From: Calditrichia bacterium
GTDB lineage: Bacteria; Calditrichota; Calditrichia; JAJRVZ01
Length of the DNA stretch: 64,000 nt
Assembly (NCBI GenBank): GCA_963796965.1
Contig: CAWCNS010000007.1
Coordinates: forward strand, 160,001-224,000
Direction of reading: 5' to 3'
In this document: positions 21,315 to 32,800 of the stretch, one piece after another
Position numbering within the stretch: position 1 is the first letter of the stretch
How the letters are laid out: every line of letters begins with the position of its first letter
Translations under genes and position numbers: made by a program
The notes under the pieces: model-generated
What the model was told of the DNA's origin: nothing
Database searches by the model: none
What the model saw: only the letters and a program-made list of their open reading frames with translations

Positions 21315-22454
21315 TTAAACGGCAATCTTTTTGAGTTTTGGTTCCTGATTGTCTGATAGGAGAGCAGCTCTCTGGTATTCCTGATCTAATTGGTTAAATA
21401 ATTCCTTCACAGAGATAATCTCCCGGACACGATAAGCATTGGCTCCTGCAAAAGTGTAACCTTCTTCCACATTTCCTTTCTGGGCATTTGTCAATGCTTT
21501 GGCAATGCAGTAGGGTGCTTCACGAAAACTACAGGTTTTCAAGCATTTCCATGGACACTGAAATGGTTTCCTCTCTCCGGCAGATACTTCATCAAGAAAT
21601 TTATTGCGAATTGCCCTGCCTGGTAAGCCAACAGGACTCTGAATGATGGCAAGATCTTCTTTTTTGCAATTAATATAGGCCTCTTTAAATGCCAGAGAAG
21701 CGTCGCATTCATGAGTCGCCACAAAACGGGTTCCCATTTGCACACCCTGTACACCCATTTCCATGATTTTGTATATATCTGCACCGCTGTAGATTCCCCC
21801 GGCAGCAATGACGGGTATACTTTTTTCAGATGTTAATTCAAAACGCTTGACAACCGATAATACTTCAGGAAGTAACTCTTCCAGAGCATAGTCAGAATTG
21901 AAAATCTGTTCTCTTTTAAATCCCAGATGGCCTCCTGCCTTAGGTCCCTCAACTACGACGAGATCAGGCACATGGTTGAATCTTTTTTGCCAGGATTGAA
22001 ATATCAATTGGGCAGCTCGCCCAGATGAGACAATAACACCTACCTTGGTTATTCCTTTTTTTAGACGATCTATTGAGATGGATTCTGGAAGTTTCAAAGG
22101 CAACCCGGCCCCAAGAAAGATGATATCAACTTCTTCGTCAAATGCAATTTTGACCAACTCATCATAATCTGAAATAGCCACCATGATGTTTAGGCCTATA
22201 GGTCCATTGGTCAGAGTACGGGCGGCGCGAATTTCCCTAATAAGTCGTTTTTTATTACCTTCCCTATAACTTGTCTTGGGATCATCTTCCAGAAGACCTA
22301 GGGCAACGGATGAAATAACACCAATCCCGCCTTCATTTGTGACGGCTGAGGCCAGGCCTGACATGGAAATACCAACACCCATACCTCCCTGAATTACAGG
22401 TTTTTTGACCGTCAGATTATTAATGTTTAAAACTGGCATTTGTATGGCATTCAT
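21315..22454 (-). CDS. Nitronate monooxygenase / FabK-like FMN oxidoreductase
   Basis: IQGGMGVG, EGPKAGGH, AAGGI, GVQMGTRF, C-terminal Cys cluster CPWKCLKTC..YCI. Confidence 0.88.
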   Translation of the reverse strand: MNAIQMPVLNINNLTVKKPVIQGGMGVGISMSGLASAVTNEGGIGVISSVALGLLEDDPKTSYREGNKKRLIREIRAARTLTNGPIGLNIMVAISDYDELVKIAFDEEVDIIFLGAGLPLKLPESISIDRLKKGITKVGVIVSSGRAAQLIFQSWQKRFNHVPDLVVVEGPKAGGHLGFKREQIFNSDYALEELLPEVLSVVKRFELTSEKSIPVIAAGGIYSGADIYKIMEMGVQGVQMGTRFVATHECDASLAFKEAYINCKKEDLAIIQSPVGLPGRAIRNKFLDEVSAGERKPFQCPWKCLKTCSFREAPYCIAKALTNAQKGNVEEGYTFAGANAYRVREIISVKELFNQLDQEYQRAALLSDNQEPKLKKIAV

Positions 22455-22507
22455 AGAATTATATCTTTCATTAGTAAATATTTTTACGACTATAGAAACA
22501 TACTATG

Positions 22508-22563
22508 AGTATACACATTTAATGGGTCTGGTATGTAATACTAATGTAAAAGTAATGTAAAAG
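22508..22563 (-). promoter_or_regulatory. Extended -10 plus three 11-bp-period direct repeats (OmpR/PhoP-type site)
   Basis: Minus strand TTTACA-n5-TTTACA-n5-ATTACA then TGTGTATACT upstream of the NMO gene. Confidence 0.45.
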
Positions 22564-22578
22564 TTTAAAAGGGTAGGT

Positions 22579-22808
22579 ATAGAACAATAAGGTTAAAGTT
22601 GGCTTTTATGTTCAATGAACCCAGAGAACGTGTCACATTGTCCATGTTCTTTCATTTTAGCACGGCGTTGGTTGCAGGGAGGAAGATCCTTTTCCCGAGA
22701 TGCGATCCCGTTCCGGGACAAGCTAACAGCAAACGCAATCAATCCAAGTATCAGCACCTTGTCAGGATATCACAATTAAAAAATTTGTGTAAACATGTAG
22801 TCAAGACA
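22579..22808. mobile_element. MITE-like element, copy A (one end degenerate, carries ~27-nt internal insert)
   Basis: Aligns by eye to the reverse complement of 25872-26062 (shared TGTCACATTGTC, TTCATTTTAG, GGAGGAAGATCCTTT, TATCACAATT, TGTGTAAACA). Confidence 0.7.
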
Positions 22809-22899
22809 GGGCATATTATTCATGCAATTCTTAAGTATCTGAATAAAAATAAAAAATGAGTTATCGTCTATATCAACATTTTAAGCAGATCCTTTAAAT

Positions 22900-24957
22900 T
22901 CAGATACCCAATTGGTATGAAAACTTAATAAAGGCGATTTGATTTCTCTGAGTAATAGGAAGATCAATTGGTGAAAGTTTTTCTGTGGTATAAATAAAAT
23001 AGAGGGCACCAAATGGGGGCTGAAATCGCCACCCAAATAGTCCATATAAATAAATTCTATCTAATCCGGCGTTGTTTTGGGCCAAAAGGCGTATCCATAA
23101 GTCCCTGGTGAAATTATAATCTGCTGTGACGATATTGATGGTGGTGGAATTCTGAGAAAAATCGGGAACATACCGTAGTTTGTTAAATTCATAAGTCAAC
23201 GCCAAATTTGTAAATAAGCGCAAACGGATTCCTGAGCTAATCAAAGTAAAGTTACGATCAAAATTATCTCCCCATGTATACTCAACTTTTGCTGATGCCC
23301 ATTCATCCGTATTATAGCCCAGCCCAACTTCGTATTTGTGGTTATAATACTGTTTCTCATACAATTTATACTCATTGTTATAGGAAATATCCAGACTAAA
23401 ATCATTGTCAAGATAGAAACGGGCATATTCGGTTATATACCAGCTGCGCAGGGTTCCTTCATGATTCCAAAATACATTATTTTTGCTTTCTGCTAATATG
23501 TATTTGAAAAAACTTTTCTCAAACCACCATCGATAGGTAATATCGCTATCAAATTCCCGCATATCATCATCACGGATAAAACCGGTTTGATTAACATTAT
23601 CGCGAAAGTTTTTGCCGGTATCGGAAAAACGAAGATGATAATGATAAATATTGCTTTCTCTGGCAAATCGAACAAAAAATGCACTGGATTGCCAAAATTT
23701 GCCGGGTGCGCTGGTAACAAATTGGCCGGTAAGTTTCCAGGCATTGCCCAAATTGAGTACATAATCGGCGCTGAATGAACGGCTGTCACCGCTTTGCCAG
23801 TCTTTACCGGCGTAAGTGAAACCAAGGGTTGAAGATTTAAAAATATCCTTTTTTAAGCGCAGTGTGGAGAACACAGCCCTGGGTTGCTTGAGCAATGTGT
23901 CTTCAGAACTTTGTGCAGCCATGGCCGAAATTGTATAATCCCCGATTTTTCCAACCACTTTGCCACCATAATCAATGTCGCCAATACGTCTTGAATAAAA
24001 AGTTTTAATTCTCGTGCTATATAATTCATTTCCCTCAAGAAAAAATAATCTTTTCTCAGGAAAACTTAGTTCCCATCGCGTAAGATTGATTTTTTCCTGA
24101 TCACCTTCAACTGTGGCAAAGTCCGGATTATAGGTGAAGTTGGCAACTAAATTACTTGAAATATTATATCCCAGATCTGCGCCGAATTCAGCTTTAATTT
24201 CCTTATTATGAGAAGAAAGTTTGCTATCCTCATAACGCAGGGTAGAATAGGGGGTTAGGGTAAATGTTCGCTGTTGCCGGGGTAATTCCAGATTTGAAAG
24301 AATCCCTCCTTGGGAGATGCGAAAATCACTATTCATGATGCCGGACCAGTATGATGTTTCTGAATTGATCCTGATTATACGACCAAAATTAATACCCCAT
24401 TCGCTGAGAGACTCGTTATAACTAATGTTTGAGAAAGGAATTGCAATTTCTGCTAACCATCCCCACTCAAATATTTTTGCCGCAGCCTGCCATCCTGCAT
24501 CCCAATTGACGTCAATACTCCGCCCATCATCGGCAATACGTATATCTGTTTGTGTACCCTTGGGATTAACGAAAAAGCCATAACCACTTCTTTTGTCGGA
24601 ATAGGTGTCAAGAATAATGAAAACAGCATCATCGCTTTTTTCAAAATAATCACGAATCTGCATATTGGCAACAATGCTTTCCGGTTGCCGGGTATAGGAT
24701 TTGAATGCAATATAGAGGTGCTTATCATCATAGATCACCCGAACGATGGTTTCTTCTGTGGCTGAAGTACCTTTTTTAGGCTCCATCTGAATAAAACTTG
24801 TGGCAGAATCCGTCGCCATCCATTCATTTTTTTCAATGATGCCATCAATTGTGGGTGGTGTATTAGCCCGATTGGCAGTTAATCGTTTATCCGAAGCATT
24901 AATTAAGGAAACTAAAAGAAGTAAAAATAATATCACCCGCATATTTATACCGATCAA
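22900..24957 (-). CDS. CBM9-like/DUF5916 outer membrane protein
   Basis: Signal peptide; PPTIDG..EW, EIAIPF, WGINF, NPDFATVEGD, FPEKRLFFLEG, FYSRRIG. Confidence 0.85.
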   Translation of the reverse strand: MIGINMRVILFLLLLVSLINASDKRLTANRANTPPTIDGIIEKNEWMATDSATSFIQMEPKKGTSATEETIVRVIYDDKHLYIAFKSYTRQPESIVANMQIRDYFEKSDDAVFIILDTYSDKRSGYGFFVNPKGTQTDIRIADDGRSIDVNWDAGWQAAAKIFEWGWLAEIAIPFSNISYNESLSEWGINFGRIIRINSETSYWSGIMNSDFRISQGGILSNLELPRQQRTFTLTPYSTLRYEDSKLSSHNKEIKAEFGADLGYNISSNLVANFTYNPDFATVEGDQEKINLTRWELSFPEKRLFFLEGNELYSTRIKTFYSRRIGDIDYGGKVVGKIGDYTISAMAAQSSEDTLLKQPRAVFSTLRLKKDIFKSSTLGFTYAGKDWQSGDSRSFSADYVLNLGNAWKLTGQFVTSAPGKFWQSSAFFVRFARESNIYHYHLRFSDTGKNFRDNVNQTGFIRDDDMREFDSDITYRWWFEKSFFKYILAESKNNVFWNHEGTLRSWYITEYARFYLDNDFSLDISYNNEYKLYEKQYYNHKYEVGLGYNTDEWASAKVEYTWGDNFDRNFTLISSGIRLRLFTNLALTYEFNKLRYVPDFSQNSTTINIVTADYNFTRDLWIRLLAQNNAGLDRIYLYGLFGWRFQPPFGALYFIYTTEKLSPIDLPITQRNQIAFIKFSYQLGI

Positions 24958-25195
24958 CTTATCTTTAAATTATATATTAAGAAGCGCGTTCGAATAGTCT
25001 CTGATTCAATCAATAAAATAATTATCAAATTATATGGTACTAATGGGTACTTATCGCTTATTACATTATTTACAATATACATAATATTGGGGAAATTATT
25101 TTTCCTATTCTGACTTAGGAATGTGATATTTAGTGATACTTCATTTTTGAATTAGTGAAGGAAATGAAAATTATGCCTGAGTTTGGAGAAAATAA

Positions 25196-25513
25196 TTACT
25201 CTGTACTTTTTCGAAGGTTTTGTTTCATCTTTTTGCGGGCTTCGGAGGTAAGGGCGGATCCCTTGGGAAGGCGGTTTTCCTCTTCTTCTTGCAGACGTTG
25301 TTCAAAGAGGGTGTGCATTGTTGCCAACTGCTGCTGGTAACGTCGACAAAATTTACAAAACATAACATGAAAGCGAATCTTTAGACGAATTTTTTGTGAT
25401 ATTTTATGGTCCAATGATTCTGAGATCTCTTGTGTAATTACATTGCAAGGTGAGGTTAGTTTATTGATACCCCACCTCATAAAAGTCATTAAATGTTTCA
25501 GGACAATATTCAT
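25196..25513 (-). CDS. Small zf-HC2 (ZAS-type) putative anti-sigma factor
   Basis: C....ISESLD...RLKIRFHVMFCKFCRRY (HxxxCxxC). Confidence 0.75.
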   Translation of the reverse strand: MNIVLKHLMTFMRWGINKLTSPCNVITQEISESLDHKISQKIRLKIRFHVMFCKFCRRYQQQLATMHTLFEQRLQEEEENRLPKGSALTSEARKKMKQNLRKSTE

Positions 25514-25871
25514 TTTTTTACCTATCCTAATCTATTCATACCGCAGTAATACTGCAATCAAAAAAAATAACCACCGAGAAACCGTAATAATAATAATTTA
25601 AACACTCGGTGTATTTCGGTGCATTCGGTGGTTTAAAAATCTCTCCTGTCTTTGTGTCTTCGAGAGATTTAAAAATAACTGTAAGAAAATGAAATCTGCT
25701 GCGTCTAAGTGATTCAGAGTTGATTTGATTTTCCCTTCTCCATTATTTATTATATATTTAGTTTTATTATAAGAACCCTTTGCTTTTTACCTATATGCCT
25801 CTTAATATTTTATAAATTTCAAATATAAATAGTCCTGTTTATTCTGTTATCCTGTCTGAATTAAATTGTAC

Positions 25872-26101
25872 CGTCTTAGACTATGTGTTTACACATATTT
25901 TAAATTGTGATACCTGACTATGCGTTAATACATTGATTGAATGCGTTTGTTGTCATCCTTAAAGGATCTTCCTCCATGTAACGCAGTACTAAAATGAAGG
26001 AAGATAGACAATGTGACATGTCCCCAGAATTCACTGAATATAATTAGCAACTTTAGTTCTATTCAATTTTTGTCAAAAAGTGTAAACACATGGTCAAGAC
26101 A
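25872..26101. mobile_element. MITE-like element, copy B, ~230 bp with ~22-bp terminal inverted repeats
   Basis: Left GTCTTAGACTATGTGTTTACAC, right GTGTAAACACATGGTCAAGAC; no ORF; paralogue at 22579-22808. Confidence 0.7.
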
Positions 26102-26142
26102 ACACAAATAAATATATGATTAAACAAAAAGTGAGAAATATT

Positions 26143-27586
26143 ATGAAAACATTTCAATCCTTAGTATTAGTTTTATTATGTCTATTCATTTTCAACACAA
26201 TGGGTTGCTCTGATGGATGGATATCACTTTTTGATGGTCAGTCAATGAAGGGTTGGACAGACTGTTGAGAATGTCGATAGCTGGAAATTACAAGATGGTG
26301 CATTGGTCGCAAAAGGTCCCCGCTCACATTTATTTTATACCGGTGATGTGAATGGTGGTAAATTCAAGAATTTTGAATTTTCTGCAGAAGTTAAAACACT
26401 AACCGCATCAAATTCCGGTATATTCTTTCATACCGAACTACAGGAAACCGGATGGCCCAATAAAGGATACGAAGCACAAGTACTCAATTCTCATCCGAAA
26501 GTGGAACCGGGTAGATATTTTGAAAGAAAAATGACCGGCAGTATTTACGCTGTTCGGAATGCGTGGAAATCTCCTGTACCCGATAATGAATGGTTTCATT
26601 ACCGTATTAAGGTTCAGGGCAAAACGATGCAAACTTTTATAAATGGTAGTTTGATAGTCGAATATACCGAGTCTGATGATCCCTCTGTTATTGAAATTCT
26701 TGGTGAGCAAATGCTCGGTAGCGGTACTTTTGCCTTGCAAGCCCATGACCCAAACAGCACTGTTTACTATAAAAATATAAAAGTCAAACCCCTGCCGGAT
26801 AATCTCGAATCCTCCGGTAAACCAATTAAGAATGGAGAAGTTGATCGGAAACTCATTCTTGCCGGGAAGAAAAATATACCCTTAATGGATTTACATGTAC
26901 ATCTCAAAGGCGGTCTCACTGCTGACCAGGCTTTGGCCAATGCTCGTAAATATGGCCTAACCTACGGGATTGCAGTGAATTGTGGCTTAAAAATGGGCAT
27001 AGAGACGGAAGAAGCTCTTCAGGCATTTATAGCAGCCTATCAAAAGCCGCCAAATACTTTTATGGCCATGCAAGCGGAAGGGCGGGAATGGCTTGATCTT
27101 TTTACCGAAGATACGAGATCAAAATTTGATTATGTATTTACCGATGCCATGACCTGGACAAACAAAAATGGGAAACGGATGCGTCTATGGATAAAGGAAG
27201 AGACCGAGGTCGGTGATCCGCAGGATTTTATGGATCAACTTGTAGATGCTATCGAAAAAATCCTGACTGAGCCTATTGATATCTATGTTAACCCCACTTA
27301 TTTGCCTGATGAAATTGCCGATCAATATGATGAACTGTGGACAGTGGATCGTATGGATCGTGTTATTAAGGCTTTAATGGAAAATGAAGTGGCATTAGAA
27401 ATAAATGATAGACGTGAAATACCAAGTGCAGCGTTTATAATTCGGGCTAAGGAGGCAGGCGTAAAATTTACTTTTGGTACCAATAATGGAGGCTCAAATG
27501 ATTTGGGGCATTTGGCCTATGGTGTCAGGATGATTGAAGAATGTAATTTGAAACCGGATGATATGTGGCAACCGGGAATGAATTAA
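26143..27586 (+). CDS. DUF1080 (3-keto-glycoside hydrolase-like) domain fused to a PHP-like domain; frameshift near 26260
   Basis: Leader MKTFQSLVLVLL..GCSDGWISLFDG; NSGIFF, GYEAQV, ALQAHDP; C-terminal DLHVH, LEIN, FGTN. Confidence 0.8.
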
Positions 27587-27666
27587 TTTAAAATAAATAG
27601 CATGAGGTAATAAATAGGACAACATAACCTCGTTTATTTTATTAGAATTTGAGAAGACCAAAAACA

Positions 27667-28737
27667 TTATTCATTTGGATTATAGTCGTATGGTAGTAAA
27701 TCCGCTAAACGCTCCTTTGACCAAATGCCACGTTTAGTAATCGGGCCGTAGATATTACCTAAAGTATCGATATATGCATATCCCTGATCTAATCTTAACA
27801 TACGAGTTTCAAGAGCACCACTATAATGAAAGTAGTCAAAACCTACGAAGTGACTAAATGAAATTCTTAATAAGGATGAGTTTGCTACTTCTCTACAATC
27901 CAGAATATCTCTTGTCACATGTATTTTGTCGCCTATGCCGCCTATAACAAATAATCTAAAAATTTGCGTGCATACATCATGAGTTAATAGATATAAGACA
28001 TGTCTTAGTGAGCCTTGAAATGTTTTTTGTCGTTCCTCTATCCATTCAGATAATTGCTCCTTATCCTGCGGTATCATTATTTTAAATCTGGGATATATTT
28101 CATAAATGCAGATGTTTTTATAAAAGTCGTATTCAAATTGAACCAATTTGACATCTAGTTGATATCCCAAGGCATTGTTTCTTATTTTTACTGTACTATC
28201 GGAAGAACCGATCAAATTTTTTGTTAGCGAATCAATTTGAAATTCTAAGACTTCAGGATTTAAGATAGTACAGTCATTAGCATTTCTGCTCTGACCGATG
28301 AATTCTCTGGTAAATATTTCCAATTTTTCCAGCCACTGAACGGGTTTATCGGCAATGATTTGGATATTATCAGTACTATATATTAACGGAATTAACTCAA
28401 TTGATTGAGAAAGCGACTGTGATTGAATAATTCTAACTTCAATAGAATGTGTTTCATATCCGACGCAATCGAATACGAGATGATATATTCCCTCGGGAAC
28501 ATTATATATTTTGAAGTTTCCTGTATTATCAGACGCAGCCCCAATTGCTGTATTTGCAAGGAAAATATTTACATTTGAGATGGGTGATTTAGTATTCTTA
28601 TCAAGAATTCTACCTGAAATGTCACTGGTAGCCTGATTGTTGGCTAAAGAATTGTGACAAATAAAATGAACCACTACAATGAGGATGATTTTTGTTAGAT
28701 TCTCGCTTTTCATAACTTTTTGAGTTGTACGACTCAA
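27667..28737 (-). CDS. Carboxypeptidase-regulatory-like domain protein (exported)
   Basis: ISGRILD..PISNVNIFL..G..SD..GNF, VGYET; ILNPEVL, NNALGY, LPYDY. Confidence 0.75.
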   Translation of the reverse strand: MSRTTQKVMKSENLTKIILIVVVHFICHNSLANNQATSDISGRILDKNTKSPISNVNIFLANTAIGAASDNTGNFKIYNVPEGIYHLVFDCVGYETHSIEVRIIQSQSLSQSIELIPLIYSTDNIQIIADKPVQWLEKLEIFTREFIGQSRNANDCTILNPEVLEFQIDSLTKNLIGSSDSTVKIRNNALGYQLDVKLVQFEYDFYKNICIYEIYPRFKIMIPQDKEQLSEWIEERQKTFQGSLRHVLYLLTHDVCTQIFRLFVIGGIGDKIHVTRDILDCREVANSSLLRISFSHFVGFDYFHYSGALETRMLRLDQGYAYIDTLGNIYGPITKRGIWSKERLADLLPYDYNPNE

Positions 28738-29205
28738 TCTAAAAGTAGGGTAGATATATTAGAAATTGCTGAGATTGAATCTATAAGTAGTAACTTACAA
28801 ATATAGTTCACGATTGCAATAAAAACTGTATAACGACAGTCCTTTTTCTATTGGTGATTGGAAAAGCAGATTTAGGATGTATGATAAAACTCGTCTGCTC
28901 GATAGTCAGCCAAACTATAGTTATCTCTATTTATAGGGCGGATATATGAATATTTGATCATAGTATCTAGTCATTGCGATAGACATTATAATCGTCATCT
29001 AATTTGTATAAAAGTTAATCATCATACTAGAATAAAATAGTTATTAGTGCCGTTCAGGAACGGCCACTCCAATTATACACATGAATGTATATTTTGGTAT
29101 TAATTTTATGAAATTGTATAACATCCTTCGGGGAAACCTATTGGGAGAGAATTTATTTTTTTGAATTGTGACCTGATGAAGTTATGGTTGGAAACAGAGG
29201 ATGGA

Positions 29206-29652
29206 TTATGAGCAATCAGAACCGCGTAAGGCTTGTGCTTTACCCGTATTAAATTCTATATCATACCCAGGAATAGCTTTAATCTCATTGCCAAACACTG
29301 TCCTTAATTGGGGTACCACATCTCTTAGTTCAAAATAAATTTGACGGACTACAGGATCCCTGGGATCCAAACCTAATTCGGCTGTCCAGACAAGAAAATC
29401 TTCTGACTCGTCATAGGCTTCACATTCCTGCAGGATAAGGTGAAGTAAAACGGCGGGATGTTTTAAGTCGACGTCCTCATACTCATCCAGAACCGGGATT
29501 GAAATGGATTTTTCTTGAATTTTAACTACTATCCTGCGATAAAATATGGCGTCTAACTCTCTTGACCTATCATGGATCTCAAAGGCAGGATTATATTTTT
29601 TAACTGCAAAAACTAATCTTTCCACTTCGGGATATTTTGTTTCATTTATCAT
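29206..29652 (-). CDS. Hypothetical protein
   Basis: 148-aa ORF with plausible composition; no family recognised. Confidence 0.55.
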   Translation of the reverse strand: MINETKYPEVERLVFAVKKYNPAFEIHDRSRELDAIFYRRIVVKIQEKSISIPVLDEYEDVDLKHPAVLLHLILQECEAYDESEDFLVWTAELGLDPRDPVVRQIYFELRDVVPQLRTVFGNEIKAIPGYDIEFNTGKAQALRGSDCS

Positions 29653-29882
29653 AACATTCAGATTAACAAATCAGTCGACTTCACGCAAGGAAATATTGCG
29701 TAAGTCCTCGGTGAATCTATTATTTATTTGTTTCAAAAATTTAAATCTTGGCATTGTATATATAATTCCATAATATTTCACTCATGGTCTGCTATTTGAT
29801 ATTTCAATTGTCCTTCAAATTGAAAACCATCCAGAGGCTTTACCCTGTGGTTTTCCATTTTTACATAAAGGGTTGAAGTAAA

Positions 29883-32800
29883 GTGAAATGTCCTAATTGT
29901 AATTTTGAAAGTCCGGATCAGTTCAAGTTTTGTGGTGAATGTGGAACGAAAATTGTGAATATTCTACCTGAACCGGTTATCTCTTCTGATAAACCAGATA
30001 TATCATCCTTTGCCTCTGCGGAATTTCATCCTTCTGATGCAGAGCGTCGTCATATCACAGTGATGTTCTGTGATTTAGTGGGATCAACACAATTATCCGA
30101 GCAACTCGATCCTGAGGATTTTCGCCAAATATTGCATGTTTATCAGGATACCTGTGTATACGTGGTTAACCAATTTGAAGGACATATCGCTCAGTATCTT
30201 GGAGATGGTGTGCTGATCTACTTTGGCTATCCGGAAGCACATGAGGATGATGCTCAGCGTGCCATTCGTTGTGGATTGGAAATCTTAAGTGAGTTAGAGC
30301 GATTGAATGAGTTACAAACGCAATTTAAAGGAATTACGTTGGCTGTAAGGATTGGTATCCACACGGGCCTGGTTGTTGTTGGAGAAATGAGTAGGGATAA
30401 AACCCATGGACGCCTGGCTTTAGGCAATACACCAAATATTGCTGCCCGCCTGCAAGCCCTGGCCGATCCGAACACGATTGTAATCAGTCAAGAAACCTAT
30501 CGTTTAGTTAACAACTTCTTTGATTGCCAACCCCTGGGTACTTATACGTTAAAGGGTGTCTCCCACAAGAAGAAAATTTTAAAGGTTATTAAGGAAATTG
30601 AAGCAGCATATAGCTTCAAAGACAATCAGCACAACTGGAATGACCTCTTTTGTCGGGAGAGAAAATGAGATCCAAAATTTGCTGGCCACCTGGGAAAATG
30701 TTAAAGAAAATAATGGTAATGTGGCTTTAATCACAGGTGAGCCTGGTATTGGAAAAACCCGGCTTCTCCGGTTTTTTGAAGAGAGGATAAAAGATGAACC
30801 ACATACCTGGTTAGTATGTCGCTGTATTTCCTATTATAAAAATAGTGCTTTTTATCCAATCATAAACTTGATTAATTCTCAATTAAGATTTGGAAAAAAT
30901 GAATCAATTGAGGATAAACTTAAAAAACTGGAGGAAGCACTCTCTAATTTCGATTTTGATTTAAAAGAGACATTACCGATTATAGCTTCGTTGCTATCAA
31001 TTCCCATTACAAAGCCCGATCAGACATTACTTGTAACGCCAGAAAAGCAAAAAGAAAAAACGATCCAAGTCCTTTTGGAATGGTTAATAAAATCGGCAAA
31101 AAGGAATCCCTTGTTGTTTGTCATTGAAGATGTACATTGGGCCGATTCATCTACATTGGAACATCTTACCTTATTAATGGAAAAAATTGAAAAGGCACCG
31201 ATTCTGATAATTCTCACTTCTCATCCACGGTTTAATCCACCCCTGAGCGAAAAATCCAGATTGACAGAGATCTCTCTTAATCGATTGACCAGGAAACAGA
31301 TCGAACATATGGTGCAGGAAGTCACAGGTGGTAAAATTATGTCTCCTGAGGTATTAAATCTTCTAGTGATGAAGACGGATGGTGTTCCTCTTTTTGTTGA
31401 GGAATTGGTTAAAATGTTGGTTGAATCAAATCTTCTTGTTGAAAAAGAAAATCGATATGATTTTAAAGAAACACTTCTCAAGCCAGCAATTCCTGATACC
31501 TTGCAGGATACATTAATGGCTCGTCTCGATCAGTTGGGTGCGGAAAGAGAAGTTGTTCAATTAGCTGCTGTTGTCGGAAGAGAATTTTCATATGAATTAA
31601 TTCGGTCTGTGACTTCCCTGGATGAGCCGATTCTTAAAAAAGAATTAAAGAGTCTGGTGGAAGCCGATATCCTGGAAATAAAAGAGGACGCCAGACATAA
31701 AATATATATATTCCGACAAGTTTTGATCCAGGATGCAGCATATAATTCGATATTAAATAGCATGCGGCGAGATCTGCATAAAAAAATAGCTTATGTTTTA
31801 GAGAGAGAGTTCAGAGAATTTGTAAAGACGCATCCACAGATTGTTGCCTACCATTATACTAGAGCAAAGAATTTCACCAGAGCAATAGATTATCTTCTTA
31901 AATCCGGAATATTATTAGTACAACAATCAGCTCATCGTGAGGCAATCAGCCAATTACAAAAAGGTTTGAACCTATTAGAACATATTGCGGATGAAAAAAA
32001 ACGGAATAAACTGGAATTGGATCTTCAAATTACAATGGGCGTATCTCTCTTAGCCACGAAAGGTTATGGGGCTGAAGAAGTCGGCAAAGTCTATGAACGC
32101 GCCCGGAATTTGAGTCAAAAGGTCGGTGATATCACACAGTTGTTCCCAGCCCTGGTTGGCCAATATCGCTTCTATTTACTCCGTGGTGATCTTAAAAGAG
32201 CCCTTGATATTTCTGAATTACTTCTCAGTTGGGCACAAACATCTCAAGACTCTAATTTGTTATTAGAAGCAACCAGGTCCGTTGGTGTTTGCCTCTTCCA
32301 TATGGGGGAGATTGCGACAGGTCTTGAGCAGTTGGAGAAAGGAATTGAATTGTATATTCCGGTGCAACATAGCAACCATGCTCATGTCTATGGCACTGAT
32401 CCATTAGTAGCTTGCTTATCTTATGGTGCTTTATCACAATGTCTTCTTGGATATGAAGAAAAGGCACTTAAATATGGCAAAAAGGCTTTTCAGCATGCCA
32501 AAAATCTAAAACATCCCTTTAGTCTGGTTTTTGCCCTGAATCATCATTGTTGGCTTCATCAATTTTATAAAGAAACAGAACTTGTAGATAAATTTGCCAG
32601 TGAATTGGTCAGTATATCCAGTGATTATGGTTTTCCCTTTTGGCAAATTACGGGGATGTATTTTAAGGGATGGGTTTTGTCACAAACGAATAATACTAGT
32701 AATGGTATAGAACAAATGGAGCAGTGCATTAAAGGATTTCAAGGAACCGGCGCGGGATCGGTTCTGCCATATTTTATGACCGCCCTTGCAGAGGCATATC

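Noticed and set aside
22599..22859. 86-aa ORF
   Set aside because: Lies within the MITE-like repeat; frame not preserved in the second copy
28820..29125. Two TGTATAAC motifs as integron attC-like sites
   Set aside because: No matching GTTRRRY arms forming attC stems and no integrase
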